From Oopsacas minuta (taxonomy: Eukaryota; Animalia; Porifera): 64,000 bases of DNA. Position numbers and translations under genes: made by a program. The notes beneath the pieces are model-generated. The model had not been told where the DNA came from. It was given only the letters and a program-made list of their open reading frames with translations, and did not search any database. Positions 10,352 to 22,775 of this stretch are shown here, piece by piece. Within the stretch, counting starts at the first letter, position 1. Each line of letters begins with the position of its first letter. The DNA is taken from the NCBI GenBank assembly GCA_024704765.1, contig JAKMXF010000362.1:74149-138148 (forward strand), in the 5' to 3' direction.

Positions 10352-13172
10352 TTGTAAACAAAATTTGCTTATCTATGCATCATGGCAATTATCGAATTAT
10401 AAGTTTGTTAACTCTTATGAACTCAACTCTACTTTATATATATCGAGGGAAACTAATTGTTCTTACGATGCTTCATTTATATTATTCGACAAATTTTAAC
10501 GTCTCTTCAATCAACTGATAGAGGTTTACAGAATTTTGAATGAAGTTGTGAAAAGGAAATGGTCGATATTGATACTATATTATTCATTTGATCTCAATTA
10601 GAGCTTATTTGTGGAGTTTTATCTTGATTTCTCGCGTTTAGATAAGTCTGTGGCGTAGTAACATATCCTGCCTGACATTTATATTGCCCTCCTATTGTAG
10701 TAATTCTTTTCATAGATTTCTTTCTTCAAAGTAAGAATATTCATACTGGAAATACACTACTAAATCAAGCTCCAATATCCTCTTACGAAAGTGATATCCT
10801 ACCATTTTCCAGTAATCCTCTTCTCTACAACTGATTTCTTACTTTTCATATACGTAATTCACATAATATATGTGTTTAGCTGATATAATCAATAATTATA
10901 ATTAATAGCTATTGTATATTAATAATTGATCTAATCAGTGTTATACTTATACAGAAGATTAATAGATACTAAAATTATTATATTTGTGGTGTGCGTAACT
11001 GTCATCTTTCCGTTTCAATATTCTTAGGTTTTAATATTATTTTCTATAAGCGAATATTTCAGAATTTAATTTTCAGTCTGACAATATTTGGCTCATATTT
11101 CTCTTTTGCTTTTTTGGCAATTTGATAGTTGCATTCTGGATAACCCAATTCTAACATTTTGTTCGTCCGCCTTTATACTTTTTATGATTTATCTTTTATT
11201 TTACATTAGAAATCGTTAGTTTGTCAATATGATTAAATTACCTAAAATGACAAAATAACTAGTTAGATAAACATACAGACAAAGCTAATACTTATAATAT
11301 TATACACCAATAGACTAATAACCTGAAGGCCGCATAACTTTGTTATTACTTAGGGAAAATATTTTTTCATTCTCTGCACTAAGACTAATTATTAGAGTGA
11401 GCTATCCTTTGTTGTAACGTAAAATTTATATGTTAGCAGCTTACGCTTAAGGTCTAATCTCTTTATTATGAACAAGATTATTATTCCATGATTGTCAGAA
11501 ACTACCCTTACTGAGATTTGTGTATATGTATCATATACAGGCAGCCCTCACCGTTCACAGGGGTTACGTTCCTGAGAATTGTCGCGAATGGCAAGACGTT
11601 AGTTCTATGAGATAGTGGGGCTACGTTACTAGATTACAAAGTGACAAACAATAAGTGATACTAAATATGATCGGAATGTGTAATTAAGCAATAATTATGA
11701 GTTTTAGAAAGCTAATTGTATTCACCGAGTTTAAATAGTACTTGTGTGAGTATAAAAGGGTAAAACTTGTATATTTTAGTAAGAGAACTTTCTGTTTTCA
11801 CCTGATTAAAATACCATAAAGCACTAGATATGTTGAATTAGATAAATTATTCAATGTAAGTGGGCTGTTTATCGAGAAAACATACATTTTCGCCAGTGTT
11901 GAGCTCTTGAATATGTATTTATTAGCGAATTTGGTATTATGGCTATAAGCGAAACTTCAGCATGTGATCATATACATGTATGCCTTCTATGCAATGATAT
12001 ATTTATTGTATGGAGCGAGAATCGACATTTTCTCATCTTATATTACATACCATTTCTAATATGTGGATAATATTCTGGATGTCATAATTATTTATATTCA
12101 TATATTTAATCTTAGTAAGGTTAATGCTATTGTAAATTCACAGAATTTTATTCTAACATGGAAATGAGAGTATTCAATTATTCAGAAATGATTTACATAT
12201 TTTGCTGCACATATTTTATTTAATTACTTGGGAAATTGGCAGAATTTCCTTTTAAGAAGTGATACTATGGATGCATTGGATGATAACATTTAGTTTTGTG
12301 ATTTCATCATATCTCTGACTCTCTGCGTGACGGGAGAATGCTAGGCACTTTGTGCCTAGCATTTGATCACCATATGTTTATGACAGTAGCCTCATTTCCT
12401 TTAAGATAAATTGTAATTTAGAATCAAATTTAATTATTTAATATATCATATGCTGTTGCGTACTTAACAGATGATTACTTACTTAATTAGTGTTTAATAT
12501 TACACTTGTTACTATGTTGTGATTGAGGAAGTAGATATCTACAATGATATTTATCCATCTACCTGCTCTTGCATTATCTTGCAGGATATTATTAACAATC
12601 TATAATACACCTGTAAAAACTTCTTTGGTTAAAATTTATTGTTTCATATTTGACAACTTAGAAAGCAATTACAATCACTATCTATCCAGTAGAGTGCAGT
12701 TATTGTAATAAAGTAATTTTGAGATCTGGTTTTTGTCATCTAGTTATTTAATTTTCGGATATTTATGTCCTTGAAAAACCAAATATATTGTAAAGACTGT
12801 AATTATATTTAAGGATTATTTGTATTTTGGATGGTTTTGTCTTCATTCCTAATTTCCATGTGTAAAGAAATGTATAAAAACGATTCATTCTCTACTTGTA
12901 ACAAAGTTTTGGACCCCCAAGCATGGACACGAATCCCGGGGGGACGGGGGAAACACATCCCTCAATTTTGAAGAATTTGGGATGATTTTTGGTAATTAAG
13001 CAATGATTTTCGTACCGAATAGCCAGAATTTAAGATTGGTATCCCCCACTTTTTCTGGAACTACGCCTCCCCCAGGCACCAGAATTGGCGCCTATGGCTC
13101 TCACTTCTGTTAGATATACTCTACTCTGCTGTATGGTAACTGTTTCCTACTAGTTATGTAGTATGATTTTAC

Positions 13173-14075
13173 ATGTTCCTTAACAAGTTGAGAATAGGAA
13201 TTATTCTATCATTTCAAAGAAGTCTTATCCACAACTCTAGCATGGCATTTGCATCTGAGAAGATGAACACTCTTTATCGCATGTTTGAAGACTCATCTCA
13301 TGCTGAGAACTACTCTATGTACAGACTAGGATATCCTGAAGAGCTGAAGCAGTCAATACTAACCTTCATGGCAGATAATGGCTGTAACCAGTCTGACACC
13401 AGGTTATTATTGGATATAGGATGTGGTACTGGTATATCAACACGGTTGTTCTCAGATAGCTGTACATCTTGCTGGGGGGTTGACATAAGTTATGAGCAAT
13501 TGAAGCAAGCTATTAGCAGGAAAGGAAGGAACGTATTCTATCTCATGTCTCTAGCCGAGAGTACTTGCTTTAAAGACAATACATTTGACCTTATTACTGT
13601 AGGACAAGCTTGGCATTGGTTTGATGCTGATAGATTCAATGAAGAGGTGAAACGGATATTAGCTCCTCACGGGTGTATTGCTGTATACGGTTATTCTTTC
13701 CCTACCATTCTCAATCATGATAAAGCACAGGAAATATTATACAAATTCTATACAGTGACTCTAGCTCCTTATTGGTCTGAGAGGAGGGAGCTAGTCAGAT
13801 CACATTACAGCAGTCTGGTACTTCCCTTTAAAACAAAGTTTCGTAACGACAACTTAAGTATTAATGTAAAGGTTACACTTAATGGCCTTCTAAATTATAT
13901 TGACACAACCTCTGCAGCTCATTTAATGAATAAAATAAATCCGGGTAATACAATAACGAAAGATTTCAAACAGGAGTTAGCTGTAGCAATCGGAGGTAGT
14001 GATGTTAGTAAAGATTTTAATCCTCTCCTGGATATTAGAGCTTCTGTATTTATGGAGATTGCTAAGAAAGATTGA
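13173..14075 (+). CDS. Class I SAM-dependent small-molecule methyltransferase (Methyltransf_11-like)
   Basis: Motif I LLDIGCGTG, post-I GVDIS, FDLITVGQAWHWFD, RILAPHG. The N-terminus is basic and hydrophobic and could be a transit peptide. Confidence 0.88.
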   Translation: MFLNKLRIGIILSFQRSLIHNSSMAFASEKMNTLYRMFEDSSHAENYSMYRLGYPEELKQSILTFMADNGCNQSDTRLLLDIGCGTGISTRLFSDSCTSCWGVDISYEQLKQAISRKGRNVFYLMSLAESTCFKDNTFDLITVGQAWHWFDADRFNEEVKRILAPHGCIAVYGYSFPTILNHDKAQEILYKFYTVTLAPYWSERRELVRSHYSSLVLPFKTKFRNDNLSINVKVTLNGLLNYIDTTSAAHLMNKINPGNTITKDFKQELAVAIGGSDVSKDFNPLLDIRASVFMEIAKKD

Positions 14076-15466
14076 ATTATTTCAATTTATCATTTGTATT
14101 TACTAATAGTTTAGTGTTTCTTATATCACTATTTTACCGATAAACACTTATACATTTGATAATAATTAAATACCAAAACATGTCTCATGATAACCTCTTC
14201 CCTGAATTAATGTTTGCTAATGAATGACAGATGTTTCGTCGCACGAAATTGTGATCAATAATAATAATTATTAATTTTGGTCAGTGAACTAAAATGTTCA
14301 TAGAAAATTGGTCCAACTTTGGAATTTTGATCCCCCTTGTTTTATGTTTATCTGGTTAGTAAATAAATCATTAGCATCAAATTGATGGAAGACGAGCTTT
14401 TGGAGAGTCAAGATCTGATACAAGAGGTATCCGTACCTAAAAATCTTGAGAATAAACTAATTAGAGCATCAACAACCAGAGTCATCTCTTAAACACCCAA
14501 ACAAACAATCAGCAGGTAGTCTGCATCCGGTCAACATCTCCAGGAAGCTTGGACGCTAATGTGAGAAAAATCCCTGTGCTATAATTCAAATGGGGTAATA
14601 CACCGAAATTTGATAGAATTTTGATCCTAGGACCTACACAACCTTAATAATGATATACATCTCATATATAATTTCGGGGACGAAACATCCGCGACGAATC
14701 ATTAATTTACCTTTGCAAATAATATCTTAATTAACAGTGGAACACATCATTTATTGCGAACACGAATCTACGGATAAAGCCAACAAATTTGGACCATTAG
14801 TAACGAAGTTTCGTAATACGTATATTCAAATACGTGTTTTGTCCGGATCGATTGAGTAATAGCCTAGACTACTTTAAAATATAAATAGGAAAGTAACAGA
14901 GCAACCAATAAACAAGAGAGGCCCGTTTATAAACCTCACAATAGTTAAATTTACCACCAAAGTTTGTGAATTGAACATATTTATGGCGAAAAAATGTAAG
15001 GAATCAGTTCATTGAGACAAATCTCAGGAACGGAATCATTTCCATTCAACTTAATACTAAATATTTTTTGTTAATCGTGACAAACTCTGTTAATAGAGTG
15101 AAAATTAGTAACTCAATCAGGACCAAATTTCTCCTTGATTTAGGAAATTCTAATAAGCTTGGTACATGTACAAAATTTGGATAAATATAGGCGAAATTTC
15201 GTATTAATATGACCAAATCAAATTCTAATTATTAGTGATTGCTATCAACATTAATTCACGGAAGGCACCAAACGATCAGAAAATTTCAAAGTATATCCCA
15301 TGTAACATTGTATGGGTAATACTCACCAATAGAGCGTTAACTTGCTTTGGGGAACTCTGCGACTGAAAAAATAGAAAATTGATGCTCTTTAGTATCATTA
15401 TTAGAAAATCTCCGGGTAAGAAACTAATCTGCTTAGGAAGGAGGAGTTCCTCGTAAATGTGCAAAT

Positions 15467-16273
15467 ATGAAAGTATGTGAACTGAAATACGCTCTCAAAG
15501 AGCAGTCTATGTTACATTTCGGTAAGCATGGTAAAGCTATCAATGAAATATATGATGCTAGAGGTATATCTATAGATGAACTCAATGAGCTCATATATGT
15601 AGTTGATAGGGGAAACAGACGTATTCAGGTGATAAATTTTGAGGGAATATTCATAACTAACTTTGGATAAGGGATACTTAGTGATCCATGGGGTATTGCA
15701 GTAACAAAATATTATATCTACGTTACTGACATAATTCCCAGCAATTTGTATCGGTTCAGCGATTACAAGCTATTGAGAGTAAAAGAAGAGGGAAAGCTAG
15801 CCAATCCACATGGACTCTGTGTAGATTATAACGGTGATGTGTATGTAGCTGATTGTCTCAATAATAGAGTCTGCATATTTTCAGAGTCCCTCCAATTCCT
15901 GAAATGCTTCGGTGCTGGTGAGCTATTTTATACTGGAGATGTAAAGGTTACTCCTGATTGTATTATAGTATTAGACCGAAGTACGAATTGTATCCACTTC
16001 TATTCGAGATGTGGAGACTTGATAAACTCGTGTGTTTCTACTGGGAAACATGGTATCGTTTTTGATACATGGTTCTTCTGTCTGGATCCATTAGGAAATA
16101 TCCTACTTACTGATAGTATCAATCACGCTGTGAAGATAATCTCTCCATCAGGACAACTAACACAAACCATAATGATGGATAAGTATGAAGATGCATGGGG
16201 TATTTGTATGTCAGAATTAGGAATTATATTCTTTATAGCTAGAAATGGACATTACTGTTTACACTCCTTTTAG
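15467..16273 (+). pseudogene. NHL-repeat beta-propeller gene interrupted by one in-frame TAA (15668-15670)
   Basis: ORFs 15467..15670 and 15746..16273 share a frame. Reading across gives FG*GILSDPWGIAVTK...YVTD, and NHL motifs (RGISID, YVVDRGNRRIQV, PHGLCVD, YVADCLNNRV) occur on both sides. Confidence 0.8.
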
Positions 16274-16557
16274 TTGCTTGTTTTCTTACATTTAATAACC
16301 TGCGGATTTAGTTAATCTTCTTTATGCTCGGATATAAACTCAAATATTTATTCAATTTGAACTTTAATTAAATAATTTGTGGCTGACAATTGCTACCTCT
16401 AGCAATTATCAGCCATTATGGTATATGTTCTCCTCTGACCCCCAAAATACTTATGGTTAATTGCAGGTCCATAAATTGAAAATATGTTCACCGCTGTTAC
16501 GTAAATTTGTTCTTACGCATTATTTCCTTTGTATACTAGTACTTCTAGCGGCTCTCA

Positions 16558-18543
16558 ATGGCTAAAGTTCATGTAACTATACAAGTAATATTATGGTTAT
16601 TATCAACTTCTTATCTCGCTGCATTTCTATCTCTCTTCTTCCAAGTACCAGGTCTATACGGTCCCAGAGGGATTACTCCTATTCACTCGTCTCTCCCTCT
16701 AAACTCACATTCCATCCTCTCTAACTGGTTATCAAGTCCTACACTCCTATGGCTCTCTAATACAGTAGGTATAGACCCGTCTACTGGCTTGCTAATAATC
16801 TGTCTATTAGGCTCTCTCCTGAGTTTCTGTACTATGATATATCCTCTCTGCAGATCTCCTCTGTATTACTTCATCCTATATCTACTGTACTTGTCTGCTT
16901 ATCAGGTAGGGGGTGTGTTCCTTTGGTTCCAATGGGATGCTCTATTGTTAGAATTTGGAGCTCTAGCAGTTTTCCTGGCTCCAATAGAACCTCTCTTTTT
17001 CATATCTTCATGTCCTCGTCCATGGGATACTCTCAAGCTATGGATAATCCGCTGGTTAGCCTTCAGACTAATGTTCAGTTCAGGTGTGGTTAAACTTAGC
17101 GCGGGGTGTCCCACCTGGTGGGGGTTATCTGCCCTTCAGGTACATTTTGAGTCCCAGTGTATCCCCACACAGCTAAGCTGGTACCTCCACCACATGCCAG
17201 TATGGACTCTCCGTCTCTCAGTTGTGATTACATTCTTTTCAGAGATAGCTGCTCCTCTCCTCTTTCTCCTTCCCTCCAGAACTCTCCGACTGATCGCCTT
17301 CTTCTCTCAGGTACATCTCCTGGTCGGTATCAACACAGCTGGTAACTATAACTTCTTCGGTATTCTATCACTAGCTGCTGCTATAGCTGTTCTTGATGAT
17401 GATTGGCTCAGCTCTAAGAAGAAATGTCTGTCTAGATTTCTCAATCGATTAGACCTCTGGTTGGTAACCCCTCTAGTACTAGCAGTCTATATCTACTATA
17501 CTGTATCTCTATTCAATCTCCAAATAATCACTGATCCAATAGAAATATCATCTTCTATAAACTTCTCTCAGAAAGAATGGGACGTATTTGTAGCCTGGAT
17601 AGTCCCATGGACGGTATGGTTAGGTGTAGCATGGCTATTGTATGAGATATTATCTGCACTGGTAAACTCTCTCATACAGCCTCGTAGCCTTGTTGGTAAA
17701 CTCATTAGTGTGTTAGCTACTTGTATATACTCGGTACTGGCATTACTCCTGTTCCTATACTCCCTACCCTCCTACACACACATTGCACCCTCTTATCGAT
17801 CCTCCCTACCCCCCGCCCTATTCAGATGGGAGAGTACCCTCTCCTCTTATAACTTAGCGTCACATTACGGACCTTTCAGACGTATGACAGGGGTAGGTGG
17901 GAGACCTGAGGTAATCATAGAGTGGAGCAATCAGCAGGAGGATGGCTGGCAAGAGTATAACTTTAATTACAAGCCCGGTAACCTCTCACAAGCTCCCTCC
18001 TTCATAGCCCCGCATCAACCACGTCTAGACTGGCAGTTATGGTTCGCTGCTCTCAGCAACTATCATCACACACCATGGATAATTCAACTCATCAATAGAC
18101 TACTTCAGAACGAAACCTCCGTGCTAGCTCTACTCAGTGAGACACCCCCTCAGCCCGTGTATGTACGTGCTTCACACTATCTGTACCACTTCAAATATGA
18201 AGGGGATGACTGGTGGTCACGTGACAACCTAGAGGAATATGTCCCGGCCCTCTCTATTGACCATAAGACTGTGTTGGATTTTCTTAAAGAGAAAGGTCTC
18301 TGGAGTGAAGCAAACCTTTCTAACACTTCTGTAGACAGACTAGTCCACACACTCTACTGGACAGCACACAAGACTGTATCACCGCATGTAGCTATATGGT
18401 TCGCATTCCTATTGGCATTTTGTGTTGCTATCCTGAACCACATAATTTATATGTATAGCTGGAATGTTCGTACAGTTGCCTCATGTGTAGCTATTTCAAC
18501 TGGACTTAGTCTATTCTATTTGATAGCTAATAAGAATATGTAA
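16558..18543 (+). CDS. LMF2: Lipase maturation factor 2 homologue
   Basis: FLWFQWDALLLE, RWLAFRLMFSSGVVKL...CPTWWGLSAL, GNYNFF, FRRMTGVGGRPEVIIE, PHQPRLDWQLWFAAL. Single exon. Confidence 0.92.
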   Translation: MAKVHVTIQVILWLLSTSYLAAFLSLFFQVPGLYGPRGITPIHSSLPLNSHSILSNWLSSPTLLWLSNTVGIDPSTGLLIICLLGSLLSFCTMIYPLCRSPLYYFILYLLYLSAYQVGGVFLWFQWDALLLEFGALAVFLAPIEPLFFISSCPRPWDTLKLWIIRWLAFRLMFSSGVVKLSAGCPTWWGLSALQVHFESQCIPTQLSWYLHHMPVWTLRLSVVITFFSEIAAPLLFLLPSRTLRLIAFFSQVHLLVGINTAGNYNFFGILSLAAAIAVLDDDWLSSKKKCLSRFLNRLDLWLVTPLVLAVYIYYTVSLFNLQIITDPIEISSSINFSQKEWDVFVAWIVPWTVWLGVAWLLYEILSALVNSLIQPRSLVGKLISVLATCIYSVLALLLFLYSLPSYTHIAPSYRSSLPPALFRWESTLSSYNLASHYGPFRRMTGVGGRPEVIIEWSNQQEDGWQEYNFNYKPGNLSQAPSFIAPHQPRLDWQLWFAALSNYHHTPWIIQLINRLLQNETSVLALLSETPPQPVYVRASHYLYHFKYEGDDWWSRDNLEEYVPALSIDHKTVLDFLKEKGLWSEANLSNTSVDRLVHTLYWTAHKTVSPHVAIWFAFLLAFCVAILNHIIYMYSWNVRTVASCVAISTGLSLFYLIANKNM

Positions 18544-18917
18544 TTCTTGCTGAATATATTATGTTTGAAATTGTTAGCAATTGTAATTCGCATTATTTAT
18601 TTCAATTAGGTTTTATTAATAACGAATGCAAATTATTTGTTCTGTTTTATAGAATATCTTTTGTACATGAAGTACACACGATCAGGCGCATAGTTACCAT
18701 AGAGTATAGGGGACTCGTGCCCCCTAAGGGTGGCATAGGGAGGGTAGAGTAGCTGGAGGCTGTAGGCTCACCGTTGCAGAATAAATTGGAAGAAAATAAT
18801 ATATCACTCGAATTGCCACCACCAGTCCACCACCCCAAATCAATTACCCATGCAGATATTTACTATTGCATTATTCATACATTGGCCATAAATCAGTCAT
18901 GGAAAGATCAGTACAGT

Positions 18918-19265
18918 TAGTGATGGACCGGGATAACACCCCGCTAGGATTTTCATGTTTTGTCGGGATTTTAAAAATACATAAACATAAGTAAAGTATT
19001 CATTCAATACATTGTGAGATATTGTTGGAGGAAATTAACCGAAATTCTGAGGTTAGAAATAGCTGATCGTTCTAGGCTGGAATTCAAACTTCTATTGCAA
19101 AGAAATATCTGAAAAGTAACGGTGAAGGGTAAAATTAAAACTTTTAACGATAATACGCTGTATGAGTTTGAATATTAATAGATTCGGAGTTTCATTATAT
19201 TAATGTGTGCTAGAATTTCCCAGTTCAACCCCGGGATTCTGGTCGATCCCACCGGCCCACCACCA
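18918..19265. mobile_element. Degraded hAT-like MITE
   Basis: Left end TAGTGATGGACCGG. Right end CCGGCCCACCACCA is an imperfect inverted copy. No TSD found. Confidence 0.3.
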
Positions 19266-19480
19266 TCTCAGTCATTCTTAGACCTCTTAAGATTAATTGT
19301 ATTGTACAAGTGGAAGTACGCATAGTCTAAGGATAAGGGATATAAGGTTTGTTAGTGGAAAAGGCCCGTACAGTCGAATATGTTTGGTAGTTTTAATTGT
19401 TGATATTTTCGGTTGAAAATGTGAATTTGAGAAATGAATTCTATCAAATCTATGACTTAAACAAAATTCATAATTTTCTA

Positions 19481-21247
19481 CTATTCAATACATCCTTCAG
19501 TTTCCATTAAATCTCTCAATACACTCAAAGTTGATACTATCTCTGTATACAATTGAAATGAAGTTTTGGGACTTCTAGATGTAATAGTAGTAATGAAAAT
19601 GTATATAGAGTCTGACTTAGGGTGTAATCCAACGAAATGTCCATTGAATAAAGGATAATTTGCACTGAGAGGAAGTGTGGAGTAGATAGAACTAATAGCT
19701 AGTTTAGGTTCAATGAACAATTCAAAATGAGAGTTATGAAACAAATCAACAGATAAATTCTCTTTCTCCGCTAAATATCTCAGAGCTTGTAGATGCTTAA
19801 CAAACACATGACCTCCACTAGTCTCAGATAACAATAGTTTGTATGTGTTGGTAGCTCTTAACATCAGCCTCCATCTCTCTCTATCAGACTGACTGCTTGT
19901 TGTCATAGATTCCACAAATGTCTTCATATCCTCACTGACTGTGATCGGATGCTCTAGACGTCCTTCTCTGAAGCTTCTCATAGAAACAGTTTGATAGCTA
20001 GCTGTCAGCTGATTGTACAGCTTATAGTAAGCTAGCTGGATAGCTAGCTGAATGAATCCATGGTAATATACTCCATAATTCTTAAACAGGTCTCTTCCAA
20101 ATTCAGTAAAATCTCCGTCGAAATAATCATAATCTTTATACCAAATATTTAGCTTAGATTTAGCTAACTTAATCTGTTTATGAGTTCTAGGCGAAATTTC
20201 CCATATCAGCTGTTTCACTTTTACTGCTGATTTGAATTGGAATAATTTGTCTGTAGTAGATGAATCGATTTTGGGAATAGTGCAATAGAAACCTGTTAGT
20301 ATTCCATCTATCATTGAATGTTCTGAGAAAAATACTTCTAAACCATCTTTTGTGAATATTGTCTGTAGACCCAATCCATGCCATCTATTGTAATTCTTAC
20401 AATCCAGACGAATATCTCCAAACGTAACTCTTTTAACACTGTCCCTATCATCTCCATTAGTACATTCATCTATGCATAGTCCGAATAGACTAGTTTCAAT
20501 CTCCCTCAAAGAGCTAGCATTGATAGAAGAATCCTGTATCAGCTGTTCTCTAGCTGATGACCAGCTGTCTCTGTCTAGAGCTGTCAACAGACTCACAGGT
20601 GCATGACTCTGTGTCTCCTCACTACTAGAACTCATCACCTGAGATAGTAACTGGTACATTTCCTCCACACTCAGAGACTTGTTTCCATCAGCCGGGTTGT
20701 ACACAGGCATTCTGTATATCCTACCAGCATACATCACTATAATGTGTTTGCTATGAGGGGAGAATACCTGAGTATCAATTTTAGGTTTAGGCACTCTGTA
20801 TCCACCAACCAACCGAATGTACTGACTCATGCTCTGTGGAACTCTACCTATCATTTCTTGAGGCAATCTCTCATCACGGATAGTCTCCATCAATCTCACC
20901 ATACTGAAGAGATGCTGGGATATAGCTAGCAGCATTTCTTTGTGAGTAGACCATTTCAGTCTAGTTTTAAGTGTAGTTTTACCGTTAGTAAAGAGGAGAG
21001 AGTCTCTGTTGGAGAGATATCTGGTGTCTACCCACACACGTGACGCCCAGTTGTCCGTCTCCTCTGCGAATGTTAACAATCTATTCTGGAGATACACACC
21101 CTCTCTCTTTGAAAAGGAGTTTGTAGACTTGATTAGTTGAGAATGCTGAGTCTGTGTGGTTAGCGGCTTCATAGCTGTCAGGAATCTGTCCAGAGTGTCA
21201 GACAGAGCAGGAACAGGTAGTTTGGGGAGAATCTTATAGCGAGACAT
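19481..21247 (-). CDS. Choline/carnitine O-acyltransferase family protein, copy 1
   Basis: LPKLPVPALSDTL, NRWHG, catalytic EHSMIDG, FIQLAIQLAYYKLY, SMRSFREGR. Single exon; ends ...TEGCIE. Confidence 0.9.
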   Translation of the reverse strand: MSRYKILPKLPVPALSDTLDRFLTAMKPLTTQTQHSQLIKSTNSFSKREGVYLQNRLLTFAEETDNWASRVWVDTRYLSNRDSLLFTNGKTTLKTRLKWSTHKEMLLAISQHLFSMVRLMETIRDERLPQEMIGRVPQSMSQYIRLVGGYRVPKPKIDTQVFSPHSKHIIVMYAGRIYRMPVYNPADGNKSLSVEEMYQLLSQVMSSSSEETQSHAPVSLLTALDRDSWSSAREQLIQDSSINASSLREIETSLFGLCIDECTNGDDRDSVKRVTFGDIRLDCKNYNRWHGLGLQTIFTKDGLEVFFSEHSMIDGILTGFYCTIPKIDSSTTDKLFQFKSAVKVKQLIWEISPRTHKQIKLAKSKLNIWYKDYDYFDGDFTEFGRDLFKNYGVYYHGFIQLAIQLAYYKLYNQLTASYQTVSMRSFREGRLEHPITVSEDMKTFVESMTTSSQSDRERWRLMLRATNTYKLLLSETSGGHVFVKHLQALRYLAEKENLSVDLFHNSHFELFIEPKLAISSIYSTLPLSANYPLFNGHFVGLHPKSDSIYIFITTITSRSPKTSFQLYTEIVSTLSVLRDLMETEGCIE

Positions 21248-21564
21248 TTATCCTTTCCTCTTCCAATTTGTATATTTATTTGTTTATTTGTGTATTTATC
21301 AATATCCTCTTTCTTGTAGACTCATTCTGACAGGTGAAAAGCGTTCTTATAATCTACTATCGTGATGATCGAGGTAGTTTGTATATAGTGGAATAGGAAC
21401 TGGGATCAGGGTACATGTTCGAATAATCGAGGTTAAATTGTACATATTTGTTGGTACATTTAGCATTTTGGATAAATTGTACAATCGATGAAAGCCAACA
21501 TGTGCAATGTGCCAATGTGTAATAGTATGTATTCGTCCGCATTAGATTTGAATACAATTAGTAG

Positions 21565-21837
21565 AGCTGAGTATCCTCACTATCTTGCGATCATGATCGT
21601 GGTATATTTTTGAGGATCGGAGATGATCGCCGATCTTTGTAAAAACAGTGTTCGAATGGAAGATCACTCTCATTTTCCCGAAAAAATCATATTTTCGCTT
21701 GTTTTAAGTAGACAGAAATTGAAATTTGAGAATGCTAGACATCAAAAAATTGTATTTACAACCTTTATGGTAATTAGACCTGTAGATTTCGCATGACCGC
21801 GCCCGCGGACGGACGCAGATGGAGTATCTCCCTATAG
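21565..21837. repeat. GATC-rich repeat related to the element at 23394-23788
   Basis: Shares cattttcccgaaaa, ttttaagta.acagaa, gtagatttcgcatg and atctccctata with 23480-23650. Confidence 0.55.
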
Positions 21838-22189
21838 CGCGATCTTTTTACTGTACTAGAATTAGAACTGAACTAACCATAAGACACCTGTATTACATAC
21901 GCTATATTGTGTAATAGTATAACATATAACTCTAACCAAGAAAATTCCAAAACTTGACAGTAGTTACCTTAGCAACAAGTGACGTACATTGGTATTCTCA
22001 AATTACACAAGTATAAAATAGAGTCTGTATAGCTAATTAATTTATATTTCTAATACATAAAAATAACTCTAATCAATAAAATAGCAACAAATGAGCCCAT
22101 AAATGCACCAGTTAACGACTTGACACAATTCAATTTTGTCGCTGCCTCCTATTTGAGCAGCTGATCGCAAGGAGGGACTCTCTTCTGGG

Positions 22190-22775
22190 AACCTCAGAGA
22201 AATAAAAGAAGTTTATTTATCAAAAGTGAGCATCCGTAAGGAAACAATGGAGGAACTGGCAAAAACTTAACATCCTTGGAGGAGCTAAGCTTCAAAGTTA
22301 ACGAGAACAAAGATCTCCATCAACACGTCACTGACCTCTATCAACAGCGTATCAAACAGCTGGAGACACCCACCGAAATTCCTGTAGCCCTGCATATCTC
22401 GTACCACATTATACAAACTAAAAACTAAAAACTCAGATATCTGAGTTGGGGGAAGAGAAAGAATGTCTGGACTACTCTCTGAATAAAGAACCTATCCTAG
22501 CTGTTGGGGATGTTGGAATGGTAACCATGAATTAGTTGCTGCAGGTCTATCTCTAGATGAATCAAATCAGTTAATTTACATAGCTGATTGTTATAACCAC
22601 CGTATTCAAATCGTATTATTTGAGGCAAGGTTCATAACTAGATTAGGACAAAGTATCTCATGAGACCACATGGCATAGTTGTGACAGATGATAACGTCTT
22701 CATTACGGACAGAGTTCTCCACGCTTTTTTGCAGTTTAACAAGCATGATTACAAGTTAGTGAAGAGGACTGGTAA
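22190..22775 (+). pseudogene. Decayed coiled-coil + NHL-repeat gene
   Basis: Manual translation across stops and frameshifts: LREIKEVYLSK...KVNENKDLHQHVTDLYQQRIKQLETPT; DYSLNKEPILAVG; GLSLDESNQLIYIADCYNHRIQIV; RPHGIVVTDDNVFITD. Confidence 0.75.

Noticed and set aside
6164-13096. hAT-like ends at 6164-6290 and 12922-13096, and a Tigger-like end at about 11538
   Set aside because: The TIRs are too degenerate and no TSD matches, so they were left unannotated as old fragments.
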